Of a stretch of DNA of 62,686 nucleotides, positions 37,001-44,811 are shown piece after piece. The number at the start of each line of letters is the position of its first letter. Position 1 is the stretch's first letter. The stretch covers positions 1 to 62,686 of the forward strand of contig JACRNX010000030.1 of assembly GCA_016214755.1 (NCBI GenBank). Direction: 5' to 3'. Under the pieces are notes generated by a model. It was not told the origin of the DNA, searched no databases, and saw only the letters and a program-made list of their open reading frames with translations. The position numbers were made by a program, and so were the translations under genes. The stretch is from Candidatus Falkowbacteria bacterium. Its GTDB lineage: Bacteria; Patescibacteriota; Patescibacteriia; UBA11705; JABHMO01.

Positions 37001-39928
37001 AAGGAAACAGTTACAGCATGTTTACCGACAGATCCAGCTTGCGGCTGTTATAAATGTTGCGGCAACGCGCAGTTGGAGGATTATGATAATACGGATAAAG
37101 ATGACAATATAAATACGGATTTTGATGAAGAATGCGAAGCGACAGCGTTGTCTTGCGTGAAAAAGACAAAGACAGCGGACGGGAAAGAGAAGATCGAGTC
37201 GTGTGATTATTTGAAGGAGACGAATTGCGTCTGCGAGTTAAAATTTCCTGAATGGTGCAGTCCAAAATGCTTGAATCTGGGCTCGTCGTATAAATATGAT
37301 TCGTATTGCGGTGATGGATATGTTGGCAATGAAAAGCTTGTTAGTGAAAAGCCCGGCACTAAATACCTTTCCCTTGGCGAGGACGAACAATGCGAAGATG
37401 CCGGCTCAATGAGCGGCGCGCCATATCAAGTGGCGATAATAAAAGAAATAATGGATTTTTTCGCGGTGGATTCTGCGAACAAACCGATATTTTCATTCAA
37501 CGCCGCAACAAAATTTGTCGAAGGCGCGACGAAAATTATTGCGACAGCGACAGTGGATAAAGACGGAAAAAGTGTCGGGAAAACAGGAGAAGCTGATTTA
37601 AAATTCCGCACGAACGACCCGGACGTGCTCGCGAAATTTTGCTCGACTGAATTATGGCTTTCCGCAGGCAGTTCGCCGACAGAGAATCAGCAGAATGTCT
37701 GCCGCAACGCGCTGTTGTCATTTAATTTTGACAAACAATTAGACACGGCAAGCGCCAGCGTCGTGCTGTACAAAGTCGTTGGTAGTAATTCTGAACCGGT
37801 TGAATCGTCTTTCGCGGCCACGAACGTCGGCGGCAAGACGCATATCATTGTTACGCCCAAGTCGCTTTTGGATGCAACGAAAGATTATAAAGTTAAAATG
37901 TTCAATATAAAAAATGTCTGCGGATTTTATTTCTCGCCGTGGACGTTAAATTTCAAGACAGGAAGCGCTGTCTGCAAGCTCGATAAAATTAAAATCGAAC
38001 CAGCGGAAGAATTTGCGTTCGCGCCGAATCAAATTCATCTATTCCAAGCGTTGGCGATGAGCGGCGAGGAGGCGATAAACGAGGCAGTAGGTCTTTATGA
38101 GTGGACTTGGACATGGACGGCGGACGACACGACGATTGTCAGCGCTCCAGTTGCTTGCGCTTTTCCTCAAAATAGTAATGTGTGTGCATCGGGAACAGGG
38201 GTTGATAGTCCGACTGTCAATGTGACAAACCAAGCAAAGAACGGAACGGCGACGATTTTCGCTGAAACAAAAATCACGAAAGATGTTAATGTTGATGCGA
38301 CGGATGAAAATGCGAAAAGCACGGTAGGAGAAACAACTTCCGGCAGCGCCAAACTACAAGTTCTGATTTGTGAGAATTTATGGCAGCCGACAACATTGCC
38401 GGCGAATTGGGATACTTGGAAAATTACCAGTACAAATTTATCTGAGCCGGTTTCAACGCATGTTTACGAGAAAAATTACAACATCGGCTTGTTGTACTGC
38501 CGCGATTTCGGCCAGCCAAATAATAAAACCGACGACTTGCCGAAGGTGAAAATTATAACTATGGGCGGCTGTCAAAACGGAATTGATGACGATATGGACG
38601 GAAAAATAGACGCACTCGAGACGAAAATATTTACGGACAAGGTTAATATATCAATTCAGTCAAAAGATGTAGGGATGTCTTTCAGTAGTGAACCAGTAAA
38701 TTTTGTAAAGCAGGGAAAAACAACAGCAATAACTTTAAAGTTCACGTTGACTAAGCCAGTTCAGAATTTATTTACATTGAATATAGAATTTTTTAATAAT
38801 GACACCTCGATAGGTAGCAAGAATTTAATTGGAATTAACAATAATATTCCGAAATATTTTCCTTTTGACCAATTTCTTAATTATGGAAATGTGGCATTTA
38901 AAGTTATAGTGAAGGAAGAGAATAGCATTATTACTACTACAATGGGATTTTTAGAAAATAATGATTCTGATCCTAAGTGCAAGACCAAGGACGACAGTGA
39001 AATCGCAGTAGGAAATTTATTGACAGAATATTTTTTGACGCGCGACGAGACAGAAACAGATAATTCAACTGATGTTATCGCTCTCCGCATCTACAAAAAT
39101 CCAGAATTTTTGGCGCCGTCGGTTTGGTACCAAAAATACGCGCCGAATCCAGCGGACACGACCAGCAGTTTGTCTCTCGACTGCCAAAAAGACGAGTTTG
39201 GAGAATTTTGCTATTCAGCGGCCGTGGACGGGCCGTCGGTTTATGTCGGCGCGAGCAATCTGGCGGGAGGTACTACTCCGGGAATTGATATTTATAACAA
39301 CATCCATATTTTAAGCCATTCGCAAAGCGCGAACGAGGCGACATTAAATATCTTTAATCAAATAGTGGCGTATTTGCAGTTCAATTTTAATCTTGGCGGT
39401 TTGTCGAAGGTCTCTTTAATTCGCGACACGCAGAGGATTCAAGATATGGTGTGGACGCGGCTTGTTATTGACCAATACAAACAAAAGCATAATGGCGAGG
39501 CGCCGCAACTTGAATCAGGCACTTATGAACGGGGATTGTCGTTTAGTGTTTGGCCATCTTGGCAGAACGAATTAGGCGGCGCGTTGAAGCAGACATTGCC
39601 GGTTGATCCGTTGAATCATTTCAAATGGGAAAAGCCGAGCTTTGTTGGCGCTGGAATCGCCTGCCTTGGTTCTGTTAAATGTCCGGACGCGGCTTTCCAG
39701 TGCGTTATTCCCAATAAATATTGCGTTAAATGTCCAACCGGATTTGACGCGCTGACCTGCTATGACAGCAACACGCAAAAGTTTTTCAATTATTATTCAA
39801 ATCCAGACGAGCATCCGGTTTACTCTTATCAAGCTGACCCAGAAAATGCAAAAAACAAATCAGCGTATAAATTGGACTTTATGCTGGAGATAACGAGTAA
39901 GATATATAAAATAACGACGGGGTTTTAG
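31019..39928 (+). CDS. Giant (2969 aa) cell-surface protein: signal peptide, TrbC/VirB2-like two-helix domain, Ig-like and IPT/TIG domains, CGDG..EECD Cys-rich repeats
   Basis: Signal peptide ..ALDIVHA-QG. Pilin-like segment IIKIILGFLGVLALCIVLYAGFLYMTSGGDQEKVQKARRWLVNGAIGLVIIFSAYAI. IPT-like PVITNVSPDIAGAGNYVTIFGKGF, PKIDKVSPMPAPFGQMVTISGQYFG, PGLCSISPNNGPVGTKFNLSGENFG. Cys-rich repeat CGDGAVGSGEECDDKNIVNGDGCSDKC plus five related repeats. Confidence 0.9.
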   Translation: MFARLKKDSRFLIAVVGAVIIFSLFAFSALDIVHAQGTPEEGLALTGTAAGLQAGQDLRVIIGNIIKIILGFLGVLALCIVLYAGFLYMTSGGDQEKVQKARRWLVNGAIGLVIIFSAYAITSFIINKLKTAVSGEEASIAGGGGEGGLGIGGIMVFTAGPITPNTPAAINYPVKVFFNKGVDSKTINKDNVQIIKKGAKGKVVKTLAPIEVIEKGGQGADSLSKILVSDDQFTGWDVCLTDTSSESTKKISEGYTPMSMIFDISELKGKLPSSATYKFENKNSPGGRFTISCGDKNNPAKKIIKEKWATSDKPYTQKVKNSLELPKECFNNVADNLLYIQWKRAGGACIKFDYMALEMAYEDYTGAESAVSGGFNVSGSTVRFLPADDCKDPACKGQKCFEKNTDYKVVLKPNVIKSNTGIGLSCAVGSVCLHEFSTNDVCDVTAPAVSFIEPWNGAKVSQDADVDVTVKAIDDGGVDYIDFLVDSVFQDKATPASGKNEQEFYGYFSWNTEDIVLDPVTKKAVKKLKAEAEDLDNHLASKEIEVTVLPAYCFDKEGAIICDKDGTHPECGKCDGSDCVKDDDCAGVCNKKCVDAEAKQCKVNADCASGVACKGTCETLPVITNVSPDIAGAGNYVTIFGKGFLSYKEGVSQAFFTGAAGGYLEAKIVNCVAGKPAWSYNQIIVKVPELAGTGPIKIINSSGKEDDTQDEDGWQGEFEFDAKIKYPGLCAVQLQSCTPSNIVSCDEGAVGDSVKAIGINFGHEMADYDMIYFGSAPFGQGAGFDWKDKEIKGIQIPIVNPASYGVTVAKEDSKDINKKIYSNPVYFHVIPAANLPKIDKVSPMPAPFGQMVTISGQYFGANVGHVEFRRYINGQPYDWVAGLACASGSWSDSEIIIKVPKEIANTIAKIEGADAFSKDYQIIVYNSKGLASKPVDFEINNKAPGPGLCSISPNNGPVGTKFNLSGENFGESKDYYIKFPAPDKKNVNVTAFKTWGEKLIENAAVPAGAISGAVFLSSNAADVDIDSNSLNFSVGSCKKDSCDEGLTCCPTGICQTKCEAEVEYSPSEYMWLVSTGPLPILPQVLERSCIKGVYSQSPSPFKSTEDACPNGLISATFNTAMKKDSLNNNIEVRRCFLKDGGKCDFSICKKGEKLGDIICAGGEVKCLKNGTCVAKSVSQITANDFSESNLSISCKTPAGADCSVGAKDCQCVKGSLVSQFNLFDALSELAAGEVPLIKSEDDKGKIIPYQLFENTWYQVIIKGGTMNDENQFEGGVVSSDGKSMASDYAWTFKTKNEKCVPDNLLLKPLIGLISDLYGMQKYIVSGQYQCQEIALNNEKWEWGAQESYKEKIKFSGYGCVNGIEGQICPANTNDKRPDIGFYGLFTEKASTLNLETPLGEPAIIFADAVPTVDSFMKTAFDKMHKEGGLEVKFAAPKVISYYPNCQSACINSELGAHFSAQMDAASLTPNSVKLYSCASADCINLTSVALTSGEIDYQWTAPDVTNKSQISNLKVNPTNDLSSNTFYRMVITNGVQSSSLKPLAGLNYTIANAPKSDCADWKDNDADNGIDVSGGYIYKGNDKKILDFVCGCYNTSATGEPAQKFVSYNKVDAKVACPTGVSFSCFNIKESIITDPVDLKKIVEDYNYFSPDSQCASEADFEIGKSGQYDAFSWVFKTKASSEKCEIDKVDVVPVSYTTEKQGEKIEYWSNPYSAPDECSDKGQLLDPFDYAWKWDSTAKVIVNNIAIPAIAEITNTKIMDVPEYCTENCLAKGGTPAGSVCGDGAVGSGEECDDKNIVNGDGCSDKCLLEPFKNCTADQLKNKATGCCGNGTPNEAITNIYGKTYNEECDAGCEYKDGSGKACAPSADKPECVCVSKESYCSNGCLNIGTAAGFVCGNSKVEAGEDKDDGNNKDGDGVSSICLNEGAKYKTGEKAALCGDGKIDYGEECEAIAKTAGGSISLDNNPYCNEKCLWQGFPACGKCEKKVVDPATGKETVTACLPTDPACGCYKCCGNAQLEDYDNTDKDDNINTDFDEECEATALSCVKKTKTADGKEKIESCDYLKETNCVCELKFPEWCSPKCLNLGSSYKYDSYCGDGYVGNEKLVSEKPGTKYLSLGEDEQCEDAGSMSGAPYQVAIIKEIMDFFAVDSANKPIFSFNAATKFVEGATKIIATATVDKDGKSVGKTGEADLKFRTNDPDVLAKFCSTELWLSAGSSPTENQQNVCRNALLSFNFDKQLDTASASVVLYKVVGSNSEPVESSFAATNVGGKTHIIVTPKSLLDATKDYKVKMFNIKNVCGFYFSPWTLNFKTGSAVCKLDKIKIEPAEEFAFAPNQIHLFQALAMSGEEAINEAVGLYEWTWTWTADDTTIVSAPVACAFPQNSNVCASGTGVDSPTVNVTNQAKNGTATIFAETKITKDVNVDATDENAKSTVGETTSGSAKLQVLICENLWQPTTLPANWDTWKITSTNLSEPVSTHVYEKNYNIGLLYCRDFGQPNNKTDDLPKVKIITMGGCQNGIDDDMDGKIDALETKIFTDKVNISIQSKDVGMSFSSEPVNFVKQGKTTAITLKFTLTKPVQNLFTLNIEFFNNDTSIGSKNLIGINNNIPKYFPFDQFLNYGNVAFKVIVKEENSIITTTMGFLENNDSDPKCKTKDDSEIAVGNLLTEYFLTRDETETDNSTDVIALRIYKNPEFLAPSVWYQKYAPNPADTTSSLSLDCQKDEFGEFCYSAAVDGPSVYVGASNLAGGTTPGIDIYNNIHILSHSQSANEATLNIFNQIVAYLQFNFNLGGLSKVSLIRDTQRIQDMVWTRLVIDQYKQKHNGEAPQLESGTYERGLSFSVWPSWQNELGGALKQTLPVDPLNHFKWEKPSFVGAGIACLGSVKCPDAAFQCVIPNKYCVKCPTGFDALTCYDSNTQKFFNYYSNPDEHPVYSYQADPENAKNKSAYKLDFMLEITSKIYKITTGF

Positions 39929-40032
39929 GCATTGTTTAACATCCCCTCCTTGCCAAGGAGGGGAAAGAGGGGAGGTAGACAGGACACCCCCTCTGTGTCT
40001 CCCCCTTGGTAAGGGGGAGAGAAACGAAATAT

Positions 40033-40692
40033 ATGCCAAATGAACAAAACAAACCAGAAAACAAAGAGGTTGTTGATATCTTCGCTGGATTGGACCCGGC
40101 GCCAGAGCGGATCAGAAAAGAAATTCCTGAAATGAGACCGCCTGCGGCTTCAATGAGTGATTTTTACGTTCCGCCGGCGCCACCGTATCCTCCGCCACCT
40201 CCGGCGCGCGGCAAATTTTTTATTGTCGCTATTGTCTTAGCAATATTTCTCGCGATAATTGTCATTGGCTTGATTGTTTTGAAATTCGTTTTTGGAATTA
40301 ATTTAGAAAAAATTAAATTTGGAGGAAAATCAGCGCCAGTAGTGGAAAAGGTTGAGGAAGCGATTCCCGTGCCAATAGTTGAAGCGCCGGTGATTGAACC
40401 CGCGATTGAACCGAAGAGCGCGCCAATCATAGAAATGATAAAAGAAGACAGCGACAATGACGGCTTGACAGACGCCGAGGAAACAAACCTTGGAACCAAT
40501 TTATTAAAAATTGATAGCGATAACGACAAGTTGCCTGATTACGATGAGGTGAAAATATATGGCACTGACCCGTTAAGGGCAGACAGCGACGGCGATGGTT
40601 ATCTTGATGGTGAAGAGGTGATCAATGGATATAATCCAAAGGGGCCGGGCAAGTTGTTGAATTTTGAGAAAGCGCTGGAGAAAGTAAAATAG
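40033..40692 (+). CDS. Small TM protein with thrombospondin-type-3-like Ca-binding repeats
   Basis: Start MPNEQNK (the upstream part of the track ORF is a repeat element). Pro-rich segment and a TM helix (FFIVAIVLAIFLAIIVIGLIVL), then DSDNDGLTDAEE..DSDNDKLPDYDE..DSDGDGYLDGEE. Confidence 0.8.
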   Translation: MPNEQNKPENKEVVDIFAGLDPAPERIRKEIPEMRPPAASMSDFYVPPAPPYPPPPPARGKFFIVAIVLAIFLAIIVIGLIVLKFVFGINLEKIKFGGKSAPVVEKVEEAIPVPIVEAPVIEPAIEPKSAPIIEMIKEDSDNDGLTDAEETNLGTNLLKIDSDNDKLPDYDEVKIYGTDPLRADSDGDGYLDGEEVINGYNPKGPGKLLNFEKALEKVK

Positions 40693-40908
40693 ACGGTTTC
40701 TCCGAAGGGCTACTTTTTGACGACAAAAAGTAGCCAAAAATCGCTGGGGTTCCGCATTCGCGTGGGGACAATTATCGTTCGTGGAAAATGCGTTGGCGAA
40801 GCTCCACCCCAGACCCCGTGAGATGAGTAAGTAATAGTTAAAAACACGGGTTAAAGACGGTAAAAAATTTTAAATAACATTGATTTTTATATTTTTAAAG
40901 TAAAACGT

Positions 40909-42069
40909 ATGTTCGATGACATTGATAAAAAACAAACTGCGACGGCGCCGAACGCGCCGGCGGTTTCAAATCAACCAGCCGCGGCCATAGTAAAACCGAC
41001 GGCGCCAAGCGCGGATAGTGCCGAGGCGGCCAACGTCGAAGAAGTCCATACCATGCCAATGGAATATTATCTTGGTTCGCAGACGGCCGAAATGACGAAA
41101 GGCGAAAAAGTGACGAAAAGCGCGGGGCCGGCTGGCGCCTCGGCGCCGAGCAAAAAGAGGATTTTAAACATTGTTATTGTCGCGGTTTTGGCTTTAATCG
41201 TGGCCGGCTCGGCGTTTTTATTGTTCAAAAGTTATGAACAACCGGCGCCCGCGCCGGCTCCAGTAGTGACGTTCGCGCCCACAGTCACGTCAACCGCGCC
41301 GGTAGCAGAACCTGAACCAACGGTTGCTCCTCCTGCGCTAGTGGTAAAAGTTGAAACACCGGCGCCAGTCGCGAAATTCAATCCCGCGGAAATTAAAAAA
41401 TTCACTTTATCTTTAATGAGTGGATTAGACACGGATAAAGACGGATTGACGGACGCGGAAGAAGCGGTGTTCGGCACGAACATAAATCTAAACGACAGCG
41501 ATGGCGATGTTTTTAAAGATAAAGAAGAAATTATAAATTTTTACAGTCCAGTGGATAAAGGAAAAGTCCGTTTATGGGAAAAATTATTCGTCCAATATTA
41601 CGTCAATAAAAATTACGGATATAAAATATTATATCCAATCGCTTGGGTAGTTCAGCCTGTTGATCCTGACGATCCGAAGGACTTGATGATAAGCTCCAAT
41701 CAAAATGAGTTTGTTAATATTGTTGTTTTGGATAAAGACACGAAACAAACATTGGAGGATTGGTATTTGCAAATGGCGCCAGAAGTTAAAAAGGAGGACC
41801 TGAAAAAATACCAAACATTCAGCAAATTGCCGATATTGGAAAGTCCGGACGCTTTCACCGCTTATATTGAGTCCGCGAAAAAAGATAAAGTGTTTGCCGT
41901 TAATTATAATATCGGCTTGAAAGAAGAGGCGAGTTTTCCCGCGGTTTTCCAAACAGTGATAAACAGTTTCGAGTTCGCGCCAATTGAATACACGCCGACG
42001 CCGATTCCATTGACACCGAAGCCAGCGGCGCCGGGTGAAGATACGGGCGAATTGCCGGGTGGGGAATAA
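40909..42069 (+). CDS. TM protein with TSP3-like Ca-binding repeats and a C-terminal beta-rich domain
   Basis: TM helix ILNIVIVAVLALIVAGSAFLLF, a Pro/Ala/Thr linker, DTDKDGLTDAEE..DSDGDVFKDKEE, and a C-terminal domain like that of the 5742..6293 lipoprotein. Confidence 0.8.
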   Translation: MFDDIDKKQTATAPNAPAVSNQPAAAIVKPTAPSADSAEAANVEEVHTMPMEYYLGSQTAEMTKGEKVTKSAGPAGASAPSKKRILNIVIVAVLALIVAGSAFLLFKSYEQPAPAPAPVVTFAPTVTSTAPVAEPEPTVAPPALVVKVETPAPVAKFNPAEIKKFTLSLMSGLDTDKDGLTDAEEAVFGTNINLNDSDGDVFKDKEEIINFYSPVDKGKVRLWEKLFVQYYVNKNYGYKILYPIAWVVQPVDPDDPKDLMISSNQNEFVNIVVLDKDTKQTLEDWYLQMAPEVKKEDLKKYQTFSKLPILESPDAFTAYIESAKKDKVFAVNYNIGLKEEASFPAVFQTVINSFEFAPIEYTPTPIPLTPKPAAPGEDTGELPGGE

Positions 42070-42098
42070 AATTAGGGGGTAGGTGGTAAGGGGGTAGT

Positions 42099-42209
42099 GA
42101 GTAGTTTTATAGAGACGACAAAAATTGGAATTGAGAAGTGAGCTGTCTTGGAAGGGTTCCTTTTTACGTCAAAAAATCTCTACAACCTACTCACTACAAC
42201 CTACAACCT
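42099..42209 (+). repeat. 111-nt repeat, copy 1 (candidate structured RNA or MITE)
   Basis: Identical to 50571..50681 except for 2 substitutions (hand alignment). Rod-like self-complementarity: GACG..AAAAA / TTTTT..CGTC and GGAAY / GTTCC. Confidence 0.8.
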
Positions 42210-42278
42210 GTTTCGTTTTTTCGTTTTTCGGTATGTTAATCCGTATATCCGTAAAATAATCCGTAATCCGTATCTAAG

Positions 42279-42701
42279 ATGATAATTGAAATTAATAATC
42301 AAACCGATTATTCTATCCCGAAAGAAAAGATTGACGCTTTGCTCCGTCTGGCCGGCCGGGTTTTGAAAATCAGAAAAAAACAGCGGATATCGGTTGCTTT
42401 TGTCCCGTCCGCGCGGATCAGGGAAATGAACCGGATATATCGCAAAAAAAATAAAATAACTGATGTCTTGTCATTCGCGCTTTCTCCGTCTGAATCGGAA
42501 ATAATTATTTGTCCGTCAGCGGCGAAAGCGCAAGCGAAAAAACAGCCCGGCGGATTCCAACAAGAAATTTTAGCTTTAGTTCTGCATGGATTTTTGCATA
42601 TTAATGGATTCGAGCATGAAAAATCAAAGATCGCCGCGAGGAAGATGGAGAAAATTGAAGAAGATATTATTACAAAATCCGAAATCCTAAATCCTAAATA
42701 A
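42279..42701 (+). CDS. ybeY: rRNA maturation RNase YbeY
   Basis: HGFLHINGFEHE metal-binding motif; 140 aa. Confidence 0.88.
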   Translation: MIIEINNQTDYSIPKEKIDALLRLAGRVLKIRKKQRISVAFVPSARIREMNRIYRKKNKITDVLSFALSPSESEIIICPSAAKAQAKKQPGGFQQEILALVLHGFLHINGFEHEKSKIAARKMEKIEEDIITKSEILNPK

Positions 42702-42860
42702 ATTCCATCCTTCGAGGCTCGTCCCGCCTTCAGCGAGACTCGCACCTCAGGATGACAAACTACAATTCCCTAAGCCACTCTATAAATTGTTTGGAGTTTG
42801 AACATTGGAAAATTGGAGTTTGTTTAGAATTTCGATATTCGAATTTTGAATTTAAACTTT

Positions 42861-43214
42861 ATGGTAAATTTAAAACGACTGCTTCAAAGTTTCAAATGCG
42901 CTTTCCGCGGATTGGGCTCGGTGGTCAAAAAAGAGCAAAATTTTCGCGTTCACATAATCGCCGCGCTTCTCGCGATTTTTTTTGGCATTTATTTTGAGAT
43001 TAAATTATGGCAATGGTCGCTCATTATTTTGATGGTGGCCGCTGTTTTTATTTTAGAATTGGTGAACACCGCTTTTGAACGGCTCGCTGACATGCTGGAA
43101 CCGAAAATCCACGATTATGTCCGCGAGATAAAAGATATTATGTCGGCGATTGTGCTGATCGCGTCGCTGACGAGTTTGATTATCGCGCTGTTGGTTTTTC
43201 TGCCGTATTTTTAG
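42861..43214 (+). CDS. dgkA: Diacylglycerol/undecaprenol kinase family protein
   Basis: ..KKEQNFRVH.., three TM helices, and the ELVNTAFERLADM motif. The ATG at 42861 is preferred over the TTG at 42846. Confidence 0.82.
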   Translation: MVNLKRLLQSFKCAFRGLGSVVKKEQNFRVHIIAALLAIFFGIYFEIKLWQWSLIILMVAAVFILELVNTAFERLADMLEPKIHDYVREIKDIMSAIVLIASLTSLIIALLVFLPYF

Positions 43215-43487
43215 AATGTCATGCTTCGAGAGCCTCAGTATGACAAAGGTCGTTCGCTATGTCATCCTGAGGTTCTCGAAGGATCGAAGGGCTGAACTAA
43301 AAATGTGTGCAAAAAATTGAAAAATCCTGTAAATTTGGGATTTTTTAAGCACCATTTGGCGTTTTGTTAAAAAGGTATTATAATAGAATAGTAAATCGTA
43401 ATCTGTAATTGGTAATCCATAATTTATGAGACAGATTTAAAATTACGAATTACGAATTACGAATCCCTGTTTTCTCTTAATTATCTT

Positions 43488-44738
43488 ATGTCCGAACATA
43501 TAATTACCGGTCTCGATGTCGGGTCGTCAATGACGCGCATTGTCATCGGCCAAATAACTAAGAGCGGCGAGGCGGAGCAACTTAATATTATCGGCGTGGT
43601 GGAAGTGCCTTCACAGGGTTTAAATAAAGGGCTGGTTGTCAGCATTGAAGACGCGGTATCCGCTATTTCCGGTTGTATCGAAAAGGCGGAGCGGATGATC
43701 GGGCTGCCGATTGAGCACGCTTGGATTGGCATTGGCGGCACGCACATCGCTTCGCAGGAAAGCAATGGTGTCATCGCTATTTCGCGCGCCAATGGCGAGA
43801 TCCAAGAGAATGATGTCGCTCGGGTGATTGAGGCAGCGCGGGCAGTGGCGGCGCCAGTTAATTATGAAATTTTGCACGTCATTCCAAAGACATTTTCCAT
43901 TGATAATCAGACTGGAGTGAAAGATCCAATCGGCATGTCGGGCATCCGGCTCGAAGTGACGACGCAGGTAATCCGCGGTTTGAGCTCGCACATAAAAAAT
44001 CTCACCAAGTGCGTTTATCGCACTGGACTGGATATTAATTATGTCATTTTTTCCGCGTTGGCGGCGGCCGAGGCAGTGCTCACCAATCGCCAGAAGGAGT
44101 TGGGCGTGGCTTTGGTGGATATCGGCGCGCGAACGACCAAAGTTGTTGTTTTTGAAGAAGGCGACGTGATTCACGTCGCTGTTTTAGCGATTGGCGCTGA
44201 CCATGTCACCGCTGATTTGGCGATGGTTTTGCAGACATCGCTCGATGTCGCCGAACGGTTGAAACTGGAAATCGGCAGCGCTTTGCCGGCGCAATTTGAA
44301 AAAACCGAAGAAATTAATTTGCGCGATTTCGGCGGCGACAATCAGGTGTTCTCGAAAAAATACATCGCGGAAATCATTGAAGCGCGCGTTGAAGAAATCT
44401 TTGATAAGATTGACAAAGAACTGCAAAAAATAAGTCGGAGCGGTCTCCTGCCGGCCGGCCTCGTATTAATCGGCGGCGGCGCGAAATTGCCTGGCATGGT
44501 GGAAGTGGGAAAGAAAAAAACAATGCTGCCGACCGCGGTCGGCGCGAGCAAACGTTTCAATACCGCGGTTGATAAAGTGAATGACATCGCTTTCGCCACT
44601 GGTTTGGGACTTGTTATGTGGGGCTACGGCGCGCTCAATGAAAAGGGCGGGACGAAATTCCATTTATCAGGGATTTCCGGTTCAGTCAAAGAAACAACAG
44701 GCAAAGTAATCGGTTGGTTCAAAAATTTGATTTCTTAA
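43488..44738 (+). CDS. ftsA: Cell division protein FtsA
   Basis: Actin-fold motifs GLDVGSSMTRIVIG, VDIGARTTKV, LIGGGAKLPG; directly upstream of ftsZ. Confidence 0.92.
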   Translation: MSEHIITGLDVGSSMTRIVIGQITKSGEAEQLNIIGVVEVPSQGLNKGLVVSIEDAVSAISGCIEKAERMIGLPIEHAWIGIGGTHIASQESNGVIAISRANGEIQENDVARVIEAARAVAAPVNYEILHVIPKTFSIDNQTGVKDPIGMSGIRLEVTTQVIRGLSSHIKNLTKCVYRTGLDINYVIFSALAAAEAVLTNRQKELGVALVDIGARTTKVVVFEEGDVIHVAVLAIGADHVTADLAMVLQTSLDVAERLKLEIGSALPAQFEKTEEINLRDFGGDNQVFSKKYIAEIIEARVEEIFDKIDKELQKISRSGLLPAGLVLIGGGAKLPGMVEVGKKKTMLPTAVGASKRFNTAVDKVNDIAFATGLGLVMWGYGALNEKGGTKFHLSGISGSVKETTGKVIGWFKNLIS

Positions 44739-44811
44739 TTTTAATGTGGTAAGACGAGGGAGAGAGCTAACCCCCTCTGTATCTCCCCCTTGGTAAGGGG
44801 GAGAGGAACAT

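Noticed and set aside
28651-39928. A type IV secretion or conjugation locus, suggested by the VirB2/TrbC-like segments.
   Set aside because: No VirB4/VirD4-type ATPases, VirB6/8/9/10 analogues or relaxase occur in the 62 kb. The pilin-like segment is fused to large ectodomains instead of standing alone.
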